Source of the DNA: an uncultured Candidatus Binatia bacterium
Lineage (GTDB): Bacteria; Desulfobacterota; Binatia; Bin18
Direction of reading: 5' to 3'
DNA: 64,000 bases
Assembly (NCBI GenBank): GCA_965200965.1
Contig: OZ241744.1
Coordinates: 1,888,001 to 1,952,000, forward strand
Made by a program: the position numbers and the translations under genes. Below, piece after piece: positions 18,783-28,129 of the stretch. Each line of letters begins with the position of its first letter. Within the stretch, counting starts at the first letter, position 1. The notes under the pieces are model-generated. The model was not told where the DNA came from, made no database searches, and was given only the letters and a program-made list of their open reading frames with translations.

Positions 18783-20942
18783 ATGCACCCTTCCTCAACA
18801 TCCCGACAAAAAATGGGGCTGGGTCCCGGCCGGCGGCTGGTATCTGGCTTGGTGTGTCTAGGCTATCTGCTAGTGGCCGGGGCTCCCGCCGCCCAGGCCG
18901 AGGCATCGGCCAGACCAGACCCGGCCGGCGAGTTGTTTCGGCAGGGCTATCACGCGGTCCAGGCCGGACAGTTCGCCACCGCCCAGCGGCTACTGCAACA
19001 GGCGCGACAAGCCTATCCGCTCCTGGCCGATTACAGCCTGCACTACCTGGCCCAGGCGCAACTCAAGACCGGCCAGTCCATCCGGGCAAAACACACTTGG
19101 CTGCGCCTGCTCAGCGAGCATACGGGCAGTCCGTGGCGCGGACACGCCAAGCTGGCTTTGGCCCGGCTGGCGCAGGCAGAAAAAAACTGGCCCGAGGCCC
19201 TGCGCTATGCCGACCGGGCACACAAGGCTGAGGTGAAGTCGGTCCGGCACGCGGCCAGCCTCATTGCGGCCCAGGCCCAGGAACACACCGGCCGGCCCCA
19301 CGCGGCCTATGCCTTGTATCAGCAGTTGCGCCGCGCCGCGCCGCTGTCCGCGGCCGGTCAAACCGCCAAAACACACGCCCTGCGGCTGCGCCGGACGGCT
19401 GCGCTTCAGCCCAAGGCGGCGGCGGACTATATCGAAGAAATGCAGCTCCTCGTCCTGGAGGCTGACCAGCCAGCCCTGGCCGCCCTGAGTCGGCAGTTCA
19501 AGCAGCGCTTTGGGCTGAGCCGGCTCTCGACCCCACAACTCCGAGCCGTGGCCACACTCTATCGCGCCCAGGGCCGGACCCAAGACGCGGCCGCGGCCCT
19601 GCAAACGCTGGTCAAGCGATCGCCGGGCAGCGCCAGCGCCTTATACCGCTGGGCCAGACTGCTGTGGAACGCCGATCAGGACGGGCCGGCGCTTGACCTG
19701 TTTGAGCGCCTAGTCAACACCTTCCCCCGCCACCGGCTGGCGGCTGAGGCGCTGTACGCCATCGGTCGCATCCATCAATCGGGCAAGGACGAGACGCGCG
19801 CCAGCCGTGTCTACCGGCAGTTGGCCGAGCGCTTTCCCGCAAGCGCGGCAGCCCAGGACGGACGCTGGCGTCAGGGTTGGATGGCCTATCAGCGCGGAGA
19901 TTTTGGCCAGGCCGAGCAGCACTTTGCCGGCCTCGTCCGCCTGCTCCCCAACGGGGCGGCCAGCGCCCTGTACTGGCAGGCGCGCAGCCTTGACAAACAG
20001 GCCAGGCGCGACCGGGCAGATGCGCTCTACCGCCGGTTGTTACAGGATGAGGCCGGGGGATATTATGCCTTGTGGGCGGAAAAACGACTCGGGCTGAGGC
20101 CCCTGCCGCTGGCCCTGGCCGCCCAGCCCGAGGGCCGCAGCCCGGAAGGAGAGAACGTGTCGCCTTCCTCTCGACCGGATGACATGTTCACTCCTCCGCT
20201 CTCGCCACGCCTGAGTGTCTACTATCAGCGCAGCCAGGCCCTTGCCCGGCTTGGGTTGTTGGAGTTCGCCCGGCGCGAACTCGATCGTCTCAAAAAGGCC
20301 GCCCCGAGCGGCCCGGCCTTTCGGCGGTTTTTCCTGCGTGAGTACCACCGGCTGAACAGCCACCACCGTGCGCTACGCTTGGCCCAAGCCTTGCCGGCCG
20401 GCGAACGCCGGCCCTACGACTTTCCGCGCGCCTACTGGCCGGCCCTCCAGACCCATGCCCGGGCCCAGCGGCTCGACCCCTATCTGGTGCTGGCCCTGAT
20501 CCGCCAGGAAAGTCTGTTTGACCCCCGGGCCGTCTCTCCGGCCCGCGCTTACGGCCTGATGCAGCTCTTGCCGAGCACCGCGGCAAAGCTGCTTGGGCCG
20601 GGCATGGAGTTGCGGCTGACAGACCCCGACCGGAACATCGAACTCGGCACACGCTACCTGCGCCAGCTGCTCGACCGCTACAACGACAACCTCATCCTGG
20701 GGCTTGCCGGCTATAACGCCGGACCACAGGCGGTGGACAAGTGGCGCACCCGCTTCCCGTACGCCGAGGCTGACGAGTTTGTGGAAAACATCAGCTACCG
20801 CGAAACCCGCGATTATGTCAAAAAAGTGCTCCGCAATTATCGGACCTATCGACGGCTGTACGAGCCGGCAGGCGTCGTCAGCCGGCTGGGCCCACAGGCC
20901 CAGCCGGCACAACACGGGAGGAAGACCGAATGGCACAACTGA
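18783..20942 (+). CDS. slt: Soluble lytic transglycosylase with TPR superhelix
   Basis: ALIRQESLFDPRAVSPARAYGLMQL, AGYNAGP, ETRDYVKKV; TPR-like N-terminal region; carries a 17-aa repeat-derived insert. Confidence 0.9.
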   Translation: MHPSSTSRQKMGLGPGRRLVSGLVCLGYLLVAGAPAAQAEASARPDPAGELFRQGYHAVQAGQFATAQRLLQQARQAYPLLADYSLHYLAQAQLKTGQSIRAKHTWLRLLSEHTGSPWRGHAKLALARLAQAEKNWPEALRYADRAHKAEVKSVRHAASLIAAQAQEHTGRPHAAYALYQQLRRAAPLSAAGQTAKTHALRLRRTAALQPKAAADYIEEMQLLVLEADQPALAALSRQFKQRFGLSRLSTPQLRAVATLYRAQGRTQDAAAALQTLVKRSPGSASALYRWARLLWNADQDGPALDLFERLVNTFPRHRLAAEALYAIGRIHQSGKDETRASRVYRQLAERFPASAAAQDGRWRQGWMAYQRGDFGQAEQHFAGLVRLLPNGAASALYWQARSLDKQARRDRADALYRRLLQDEAGGYYALWAEKRLGLRPLPLALAAQPEGRSPEGENVSPSSRPDDMFTPPLSPRLSVYYQRSQALARLGLLEFARRELDRLKKAAPSGPAFRRFFLREYHRLNSHHRALRLAQALPAGERRPYDFPRAYWPALQTHARAQRLDPYLVLALIRQESLFDPRAVSPARAYGLMQLLPSTAAKLLGPGMELRLTDPDRNIELGTRYLRQLLDRYNDNLILGLAGYNAGPQAVDKWRTRFPYAEADEFVENISYRETRDYVKKVLRNYRTYRRLYEPAGVVSRLGPQAQPAQHGRKTEWHN
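20146..20196 (+). repeat. 51-bp palindromic element, copy 1 (in-frame in slt)
   Basis: AAGGAGAGAACGTGTCGCCTTCCTCTCGACCGGATGACATGTTCACTCCTC. Confidence 0.9.
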
Positions 20943-21751
20943 GTGGAAAAGTTGCCCTCGTCACCGGCGGCGGCCGGGGCATTGGACGGGGAATCAGCCT
21001 AGCCCTGGCCACGGCCGGGGCCGATGTAGCGATTGCCGACATTGAACAGCTGAGCAGCAGCGCCCAGCAGTACCAGAATACGGCAGTCGGTGGACTAGCC
21101 GCCGCCCAACAGACCGCCGGAGAACTCACACGCCTGGGCCGACGGGCCATCGTCCTCCAGGCCGACGTGACCAGAAAAGCCGATGTTCAGCGCATGGTTG
21201 CCGAGACGGTTGAGCAGCTGGGCGACCTCCACATCCTGGTCTGTAACGCCGGGGTGGTGAATATCGGCCAAGTCGAAAGCCTGACCGAAGAGGCCTGGGA
21301 TGTGACTTTCAGCGTCAATGTCAAAGGTGTGTTTCTGTCCTGCCAAGCCGCTATCCCGGTCATGCAAGCGCGGGGGGACGGCTGCATCATTAACATTGCC
21401 TCGGTGGCCGGCAAGAATGGGGCAGCCGGCCTAGCCCACTACTGCGGGTCAAAGTTCGCGGTGGTGGGTTTTAGCAATTCCCTGGCCAAAGAACTCGCGC
21501 CGGCCAACATCCGGGTCAACGCGATTTGCCCCGGCATTCTGCGCACCCAGATGTGGGAGTACTTGGCCGAGACCATGAAGCGCGGCGACGAAACAAAAGA
21601 AGATGCCTGGCAGCGTTACCTCAGCAGCCTGATTCCTCTGGGTCGGGCCCAGACACCGGCCGACATCGGTCAACTGGCGGTCTATCTGGCTACTGCCGAA
21701 AATGTCACCGGCCAAGCCATGAATGTGGACGGCGGGATGGAACTGCACTGA
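20930..21751 (+). CDS. SDR family oxidoreductase (acetoin reductase-like)
   Basis: TGGGRGIG, CNAGV, YCGSK, VNAICPG. Confidence 0.9.
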   Translation: MAQLSGKVALVTGGGRGIGRGISLALATAGADVAIADIEQLSSSAQQYQNTAVGGLAAAQQTAGELTRLGRRAIVLQADVTRKADVQRMVAETVEQLGDLHILVCNAGVVNIGQVESLTEEAWDVTFSVNVKGVFLSCQAAIPVMQARGDGCIINIASVAGKNGAAGLAHYCGSKFAVVGFSNSLAKELAPANIRVNAICPGILRTQMWEYLAETMKRGDETKEDAWQRYLSSLIPLGRAQTPADIGQLAVYLATAENVTGQAMNVDGGMELH

Positions 21752-21807
21752 GCAGGCCGCAGCTGCCCACAGCCGGGGAGCGTAGGCCGCTTCTCTCACG
21801 AGCTGGC

Positions 21808-22710
21808 ATGACGCATGCGCATCACTCCACAGTCCCGAACTACAACCGGGCCTTCGCCGTTGGGGTGTCGCTCAATGTCGGCTTTGTGATTCTTGAAGCG
21901 GTCTGTGGCATTGCGGCCGGCTCGCTGGCGCTGGTGGCAGACGCCGGACACAATCTGAGCGACGTGGCGAGCCTGCTCCTGGCCTGGGGGGCGAGTGTCC
22001 TAGCCGCGCGTAAACCCACGCCGAGGCGCAGCTATGGGTTTCGGCGGGGGACAATTCTGGCCTCGCTCCTCAGCGCCCTCCTGTTGCTGACGGCTCTGTG
22101 CCTTATTGCCTGGGCGGCCTTCGGACGGCTGTCCGCTCCCCACCCGGTGAGTGGCGGCACGATTCTTGTCGTGGCCGGCGCAGGGGTGGTGGTGAATGCG
22201 GCAACGGCCCTGCTGTTTGTGGCGGACCGCAAACGCGACCTCAACATTCGGGGCGCGTATCTGCATATGGCGGCCGATGCCGGGGTATCGCTGGGGGTGG
22301 TGGCGGCGGGCATCGCCATCATGGCCACCGGCTGGCTGTGGCTGGACCCGGCGATCAGTCTGCTCATCAGCGCTCTTATTCTTGTCAGCGCGGTGGGCCT
22401 GTTGCGCGACTCGGTGAATCTGGCCCTTGATTCGGCACCGGCCGATATTGATCCGCTGGCGGTTGAAGCCTATCTGAGCGGCCTGCCGGATGTGACAACA
22501 GTCCACGATCTGCATATCTGGGCGATGAGTACGACCGAGGTGGCCCTGACCGCCCATCTGGTCGTCCCGCAGCACTTGACCGATGCGGGTTTTGTCCACC
22601 GCATCTCACACCGGCTGCACGACCGCTTTGGGATTGACCACGCGACCTTGCAGATTGAACGGGGCGAGGAAGAGGAATTCTGTAAACAGGCCCATCCGGA
22701 AAGCGTCTGA
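21808..22710 (+). CDS. czcD: Cation diffusion facilitator (Zn/Co/Cd efflux)
   Basis: SLALVADAGHNLSD, NIRGAYLHMAAD, HDLHIW, HATLQIE. Confidence 0.88.
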   Translation: MTHAHHSTVPNYNRAFAVGVSLNVGFVILEAVCGIAAGSLALVADAGHNLSDVASLLLAWGASVLAARKPTPRRSYGFRRGTILASLLSALLLLTALCLIAWAAFGRLSAPHPVSGGTILVVAGAGVVVNAATALLFVADRKRDLNIRGAYLHMAADAGVSLGVVAAGIAIMATGWLWLDPAISLLISALILVSAVGLLRDSVNLALDSAPADIDPLAVEAYLSGLPDVTTVHDLHIWAMSTTEVALTAHLVVPQHLTDAGFVHRISHRLHDRFGIDHATLQIERGEEEEFCKQAHPESV

Positions 22711-22722
22711 GGCGACATGCGC

Positions 22723-24165
22723 CTATGCGGCGGATTCATCGAGGGCGGCCAGCAATTTGCGCGGCAGGCCGCCAAACGCCCCGTTCGACATAATCAGCAC
22801 CACGTCTCCCGATTGGCAGGCCTCGGTCAGCAAGGCGCATATGTCGTCCACGCTGTGGCCCTGGCGGGCCGGCTTGGCCGCGGCCCGCAGGTCGGCAACC
22901 AGTTCAGCCGGGGAGAACAGGTCGTGGGCGGTGAGCGGGTCTTGGGGTTTGCTGAAAACCGGGCCGATCATGACCTGATCCGCGACGGCCAGGGCACGGG
23001 TAAGCGGCTGCTGGAAAATACGCCGGCGGCAGGTGTTGGAGCGCGGCTCAAAGACCGCCCAGACCCGTCGCCGGGGATAGCGCAGCCGCACCGCTTCGAT
23101 GGTCACTGCGACCGCGGTTGGGTGGTGGGCAAAGTCATCAATAATCGTCACCCCGCGCGCTTCTCCGACCAGTTCCTGACGGCGCGCCACGCCCCGAAAA
23201 CTGGCCAGACCCGGTGCGATCTGCTCGGCGGACAGGCCGAGCGCGGAGGCCAGGGCGACCGCGCCCAGAGCGTTCCGGACATTCATCCGGCCCAGTGAGG
23301 GCAGGGAAAAGCGGCCACGCTCCCGACCGTGGTAGAACGCGCTGAAGGTAAACCGGCTGCCGTCGTCAAGTGCGTCCCGGGCCTGCCAGTCGGCCTCGGG
23401 GTGAAAGCCAAAGCTGGCGAACTCGCCCCGATACGAGCCGGCCAACTCCAGGGTAGCGGGGAAATCATGGCAGAGCAGGACCGGGGCGGCGGCTGGAACA
23501 ATGGCCAGCAGGCGACGAAAAGCCGACTGGATGTGGGCCAAGTCAGTGTAGATATCGGCGTGGTCAAACTCCACCGCGTTGAGCAACACCGCCCTGGGCC
23601 GGTAGTGCAGAAACTTGGGACCCTTGTCAAAAAAGGCCGAGTCGTACTCATCGCCCTCAATCGCAAAGTACTTGCCGGTCCCGATCTGATAGCCCCGTCC
23701 GAAATTCTGACTGACCCCGCCGACCAGGAAGCTGGGCTGAAGCCCGGCCCGTTCCAGCACCCAGGCCAACAGGGCCGTAGTGGTGGTTTTGCCGTGCGTG
23801 CCGGCCACTACCAGAGGCCGCTTGTCGGCCAGAAAAAAGTCGGCGATGGCCTGCGGAAAGGACAGGTACGGAATCGGGGTTTCGAGCAGTCTGTGGACCT
23901 CCGGGTTGGTGCGTGACACTGCGTTGCCAACAACGACCAGATCGGGGGCGGGGGTTAGATTGTGGGCGTGATAGCCCGCCATCACCGCAATACCGGCCTC
24001 GGCCAGAACCTCGCTCATCGGCGGGTAGACCCCCTGGTCTGAGCCGCTGACCCGATAGCCCCGCTCTTTGAGCATGACGGCCAGGGTTGCCATGCCGACA
24101 CCAGCAACGGCAATCAGGTGGATGTGCGCACCGGGGGGGGGCGGCTGGGGGGTGCTGTCAGGCAT
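22723..24165 (-). CDS. mpl: Murein peptide ligase (UDP-MurNAc:tripeptide ligase)
   Basis: GSDQGVYPPMS, AGTHGKTTT, EGDEYDSAFFDKGPKF, DDFAHHPTA, FEPRSNT, MSNGAFGG. Confidence 0.93.
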   Translation of the reverse strand: MPDSTPQPPPPGAHIHLIAVAGVGMATLAVMLKERGYRVSGSDQGVYPPMSEVLAEAGIAVMAGYHAHNLTPAPDLVVVGNAVSRTNPEVHRLLETPIPYLSFPQAIADFFLADKRPLVVAGTHGKTTTTALLAWVLERAGLQPSFLVGGVSQNFGRGYQIGTGKYFAIEGDEYDSAFFDKGPKFLHYRPRAVLLNAVEFDHADIYTDLAHIQSAFRRLLAIVPAAAPVLLCHDFPATLELAGSYRGEFASFGFHPEADWQARDALDDGSRFTFSAFYHGRERGRFSLPSLGRMNVRNALGAVALASALGLSAEQIAPGLASFRGVARRQELVGEARGVTIIDDFAHHPTAVAVTIEAVRLRYPRRRVWAVFEPRSNTCRRRIFQQPLTRALAVADQVMIGPVFSKPQDPLTAHDLFSPAELVADLRAAAKPARQGHSVDDICALLTEACQSGDVVLIMSNGAFGGLPRKLLAALDESAA

Positions 24166-25276
24166 GGTTCACTCCTCTCCTCGTGCCAAGCGCGGCGCGC
24201 ATCACGGCGTCGTGCAAGCGCGGGCGGAAAGAGCGGATAGCCGTATTGTTGCGGCTGGGATGAACCCGGTTGGTGAGGAGGATGACATGGACCTGGCGTT
24301 CCAGATCGATCCAGACCGAGGTTCCGGTAAAGCCCAGGTGGCCGACCGAGTGGGCAGAGAACAATTCGCCGGCGCTTGAGCCCTGGGCCGAGCGCGTATC
24401 CCAGCCGAGCGCCCAGCTTGAGCCGGGCACTTGGCCGTCGCGTGTCCAGCACTCGCCGAGCAGCTCCGCGGGCAGAAAAGCGTGCCGGCCGTGATAACAG
24501 TCCACTAGGCGGCTGACCAAACGGTCTACATCGTCCAGGCTGGAAAACACCCCGGCGTGGCCAGCCACCCCGCCCATGACATAGGCGTTCTCGTCGTGGA
24601 CCTGGCCGCAGACCACCCGCCGGCGCCACGCACAGTGCTCGGTGGCGGCAATGTCGTGCGACACAGCCTGGCCGGGCGTGTCCAGATTCACGAAGGTAGT
24701 GGCGGGCAGCCCCAGGGGAGCGAAAACAGACCGCTGACAGTACACGTCGAGGGCTTGGCCGCTCAGCCGTTCAACAAGGGCACCGAGCAGCATAAAGCCG
24801 AGGTCGCTGTACACCGCCCGCTCGCCGGGCGCGGCGGCGAGCGGTTCGCGCCCGATTTGGGCGTATACCCATTCGCGGGCCGCGCGGGGAGCCGGGCCGC
24901 TGATCGCCTCAAAATAGGGACGCCAAGCCGGCAGACCGGACCTGTGGCTCAAGAGGTGACGGACCGTGACCCGGTCTTTTTGCCGGCCCTGAAAATCGGG
25001 CAGAAAGCGGCAGACCGGGTCGTCAAAATCCAGCTTGTGTTGAGCGATGAAGCGGAAGACGGCCAGGCTTGTCGCCAGCGGCTTGGTAAGCGAAGCGAGA
25101 TCAAACAGGGTCTCGACGGTCAGCGGAAGGGGCTGCGGCTCAAGACACCGAAACCCGACCGCCCGACGATAGACGACCGCGCCGGCCCGTCTTACCAGTA
25201 ACGCACCGCCGGGGAAGACGCCCTGCTCAACCGCACATGCGAGCAGGCTGTCAACCGGGGAAAAGTCCATCTTCAT
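24158..25276 (-). CDS. Serine hydrolase, beta-lactamase/AmpH-like
   Basis: DLASLTK (SxxK), YSDLG, GHAGVFS, GHLGFTGTS. Confidence 0.9.
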   Translation of the reverse strand: MKMDFSPVDSLLACAVEQGVFPGGALLVRRAGAVVYRRAVGFRCLEPQPLPLTVETLFDLASLTKPLATSLAVFRFIAQHKLDFDDPVCRFLPDFQGRQKDRVTVRHLLSHRSGLPAWRPYFEAISGPAPRAAREWVYAQIGREPLAAAPGERAVYSDLGFMLLGALVERLSGQALDVYCQRSVFAPLGLPATTFVNLDTPGQAVSHDIAATEHCAWRRRVVCGQVHDENAYVMGGVAGHAGVFSSLDDVDRLVSRLVDCYHGRHAFLPAELLGECWTRDGQVPGSSWALGWDTRSAQGSSAGELFSAHSVGHLGFTGTSVWIDLERQVHVILLTNRVHPSRNNTAIRSFRPRLHDAVMRAALGTRRGVNHA

Positions 25277-25293
25277 ATGCCCCAGGCCGGCCC

Positions 25294-26205
25294 TCAGACC
25301 ACCGCCGGCTCCAAAAAGCGCAACTCTTGCCGCTCTGTATCAAGGCGAACCCGCGTGCCGAGCGGTAGGGCGAAGTTCTCTCCCCCGTGCCCGGCCGGCA
25401 GCCCAAACCCGACCGGATAGGCGTAGTCGGCAAAGATATCCTCGATAACGGCCAGCAGTGGGCCGAGCGTATCGTCCGCTTCCCAGCAGCGGCTCATCTG
25501 GCCGAAGATCACGCCGGCCAGCCCCTCAAGTTTGCCGGCCTGTTTGAGTTGGGTCAGCATCCGGTCCACCCGATACGGCCGCTCGCCCACGTCCTCAAGA
25601 AACAGCACGCAGCCGCGTGTATCGACCGCAAACGGCGTGCCCAGCGTCGCCGTCAGGACGGACAGACAGCCGCCGATCAGCCGCCCTTCTGCCACGCCCG
25701 GCCGGACAAGCGTGGGGAAGGCCAAGCGAGTCTGGCCGGATCCGTGGCTGAGCAGGCCCAGCAGGTGGGACCTGGAGCAGGCCGATAGACCGGTGGCAAA
25801 CTCGCCGGCCACCAAGGGACCATGAAAGCACACAAAACCTGCCCGTTGGACAAGGGCGTTCAGCAACAGCGTCACGTCGCTGTAGCCGAGAAAAATTTTT
25901 GGCCGTAGGGCCAGACGCCGAAAATCGAGCCGGGGCAGCAATCGTCCGCTGCCATAGCCAGCCCGCGAACAGAAGATTGCCCTGACCGTGGGGTCGCCAA
26001 ACATCTCGGACAGATCTTGGGCGCGCTGACTATCCGTCCCGGCCAGGAAACGGTGGCGGTCCAGGACGCGCTGGCCGCGGCGGACGACAAACCCCAACTC
26101 TTCCAGGGCGTGGCAGCCGCGACGGAGCCGTTCCGCGTCTACCCCGGCGGCCGGAGAAATGACCCCGATACAATCACCGGGCCGCAGCCGGGGAGGTTTG
26201 TTCAC
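25294..26205 (-). CDS. ldcA: LD-carboxypeptidase (peptidase S66)
   Basis: RAGYGS, GYSDVT, LEDVGERPYRVDRML, AGHG; GTG 26205, alternative GTG 26265 lies inside the repeat. Confidence 0.9.
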   Translation of the reverse strand: MNKPPRLRPGDCIGVISPAAGVDAERLRRGCHALEELGFVVRRGQRVLDRHRFLAGTDSQRAQDLSEMFGDPTVRAIFCSRAGYGSGRLLPRLDFRRLALRPKIFLGYSDVTLLLNALVQRAGFVCFHGPLVAGEFATGLSACSRSHLLGLLSHGSGQTRLAFPTLVRPGVAEGRLIGGCLSVLTATLGTPFAVDTRGCVLFLEDVGERPYRVDRMLTQLKQAGKLEGLAGVIFGQMSRCWEADDTLGPLLAVIEDIFADYAYPVGFGLPAGHGGENFALPLGTRVRLDTERQELRFLEPAVV

Positions 26206-26219
26206 AGTGGACACGCATC

Positions 26220-26270
26220 GAGGAGTGAACGGGCCGCCTTCCTCTCGACCGGATGACACCTTCACTCCTT
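26220..26270 (+). repeat. 51-bp palindromic element, copy 2 (thrS/ldcA junction)
   Basis: GAGGAGTGAACGGGCCGCCTTCCTCTCGACCGGATGACACCTTCACTCCTT. Confidence 0.95.
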
Positions 26271-28115
26271 ATCAAAGCCACGCGCATCTTCTTCTTGCAA
26301 CTGATTGACAAACTGCTCAACGGCCAGCACCTCGTTCTTGCGCGAGGTGCTTGTGCGCGAGGAGTGAACGGGTTGCCTTCCTCTCGACCGGATGACACCT
26401 TCACTCCTTACCGACACGGTGTTGTTGCCGGCTTCTTTGCCGCCGACAATCAGCAGGTAGGGGATACGGTGGGGGTGGGCTTTATGGATTTTGGCCGACA
26501 GCGGCTCAGAACTGGTGTCCAGGCTGACCCGCAAACCGCGTGCCACCAAGCGCTGACACACCCCGTCGGCGTAGTCCTGGAAGCGATCGCTGACTGGCAA
26601 GACCCTGGCCTGTTCGGGGGCCAGCCAGACCGGGAAGTGGCCGGCGCAATGTTCAATCAGCAGGGCCATGAAGCGCTCGATCGCGCCATAAATGGCCGAG
26701 TGGATGACGACCGGTGTTTGCAGCGAGCCGTCGGCGGCGGCGTATTTCAGATCAAAGCGTTGCGGCATCTGAAAATCGACCTGGGTCGTGGCCAGTTGCC
26801 ACGCCCGGCCCAGCGTGTCTTTCACGTCGATGTCGATCTTCGGCCCGTAGAACGCTCCTCCGCCCCTATCAAGCTGATAGGGAATGTTCTTGTCTTCCAG
26901 GAGAGCTTGGAGGGTGGTTTCCGCGGCGTCCCACAGGCTTCGGTCGCCCATGAAGTTGGCGGGCCGGGTGGAGAGTTTGCAGGAATAGTCCAGGTCAAAG
27001 GCACGATACACCCGGTTGATCATGTTGAGCAGGCGTTCAATCTCGGCCGGGACGTGCTCCTTGGCGACAAAGATATGCGTATCGTCCTGATGAAACATGC
27101 GCAGACGGGCCAAGCCGGCCAGGGTGCCGGACAGCTCGTTGCGGTGTAAGGCGCTCTCGTCATGGATGCGCAGCGGGAGGTCGCGGTAGCTCTTGGTCTT
27201 CAGCTTGAAGATGCTCATGTGGACCGGGCAGTTCATCGGCTTCAGCCCGTAGGCCCCGCCCTCTTGGTCGATCAGGAACATCTGGTCTTTGAATTTCTCC
27301 CAGTGCCCTGAGGTCTCCCATAGGCTCTGGTGACACAGCACCGGGCCCCGCACCTCTTGATAGCCCTCGGCCTTGAGCAGCTTGCCCATGCGGTCTTGCA
27401 GGAGCTTGTAGACGGTCAGGCCCTTGGGCAGCAGGACCGGAGAGCCGGGGCTGAAGGGAAACAGGGCAAACAGTTCCATGTCCTGGCCGATTTTTCGGTG
27501 GTCGCGCCGCTCGGCCTCCTCAAGTCGCTCGAGGTACTCGTGCAGATCGCGGGCGGTCTGCCACACTGTGCCATAGATGCGCTGCATCTGGGCCTTATTG
27601 GCATCCCCCCGCCAGTAGGCCCCGGAGATTTTGAGCAGCTTGAAATGGGGTAGCTGGCCGGTCTGCTGGACATGGGGGCCGCGACACAGGTCAACAAAAT
27701 CACCCTGTTTATAGATTGAGCAGGTATCAAGCCCCAGGTCGCGCATGATTTCCAGCTTGAAGGTCTGGCCGCGCTGGCCGAAATGGTCCTCAGCTTCTTG
27801 CCGGGACCAGTTCTCGTGCAGAAAGGGCAGGTCGGCCGCAATGTTGGCCCGCATCCGCTCTTCAATCCGCGCCAAGTCCTCGTCAGACAAAGGCTGGGGT
27901 GTTTCAATGTCGTAATAGAACCCGTTTTCTACGGCCGGCCCGACCCCCAGCCGGCTGGCCGGAAAAAGTTCCAGTACTGCCTGGGCCAGCACATGCGCGC
28001 AGGAGTGGCGCAGGCAGTGCAACTCGTAGTCCTGGTCGCTGGCAAAATCTTTGCGCTCTAACTCGTGGGACTCGCTGGGGAGGCTCTGCGGACTGTCGTT
28101 TTTCGCTTCGTTCAT
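26262..28115 (-). CDS. thrS: Threonine--tRNA ligase (no TGS domain, 17-aa C-terminal insert)
   Basis: RHSCAH, DLCRGPH, GAYWRGD, RDHRKIG, KPMNCP, GAFYGPKID, ERFMALLIEH. Confidence 0.96.
   Translation of the reverse strand: MNEAKNDSPQSLPSESHELERKDFASDQDYELHCLRHSCAHVLAQAVLELFPASRLGVGPAVENGFYYDIETPQPLSDEDLARIEERMRANIAADLPFLHENWSRQEAEDHFGQRGQTFKLEIMRDLGLDTCSIYKQGDFVDLCRGPHVQQTGQLPHFKLLKISGAYWRGDANKAQMQRIYGTVWQTARDLHEYLERLEEAERRDHRKIGQDMELFALFPFSPGSPVLLPKGLTVYKLLQDRMGKLLKAEGYQEVRGPVLCHQSLWETSGHWEKFKDQMFLIDQEGGAYGLKPMNCPVHMSIFKLKTKSYRDLPLRIHDESALHRNELSGTLAGLARLRMFHQDDTHIFVAKEHVPAEIERLLNMINRVYRAFDLDYSCKLSTRPANFMGDRSLWDAAETTLQALLEDKNIPYQLDRGGGAFYGPKIDIDVKDTLGRAWQLATTQVDFQMPQRFDLKYAAADGSLQTPVVIHSAIYGAIERFMALLIEHCAGHFPVWLAPEQARVLPVSDRFQDYADGVCQRLVARGLRVSLDTSSEPLSAKIHKAHPHRIPYLLIVGGKEAGNNTVSVRSEGVIRSRGRQPVHSSRTSTSRKNEVLAVEQFVNQLQEEDARGFDKE
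26359..26409 (+). repeat. 51-bp palindromic element, copy 3 (in-frame in thrS)
   Basis: GAGGAGTGAACGGGTTGCCTTCCTCTCGACCGGATGACACCTTCACTCCTT. Confidence 0.95.
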
Positions 28116-28129
28116 GGGCGTCTGTCGTC

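Noticed and set aside
21526-21807. N-terminal extensions in the ORF track (czcD, ilvN, ispF, TIR-TPR, rfbC, dsbA-like, permease)
   Set aside because: They overlap neighbouring genes or lack family similarity; downstream starts fit better.
24133-24142. G homopolymer at the mpl 5' end as a phase-variation site
   Set aside because: The frame is intact and it encodes a Pro run in a variable N-terminal tail; there is no evidence of switching.
24166-24176. AGGAGTGAAC just before the mpl ATG, matching the element arm
   Set aside because: Only 10 bp with no loop or second arm; adequately explained as a Shine-Dalgarno sequence.
26220-26409. Two 51-bp repeats 88 bp apart as a mini CRISPR array
   Set aside because: The spacer is thrS coding sequence, other copies are kilobases away, and no cas genes or leader are present.
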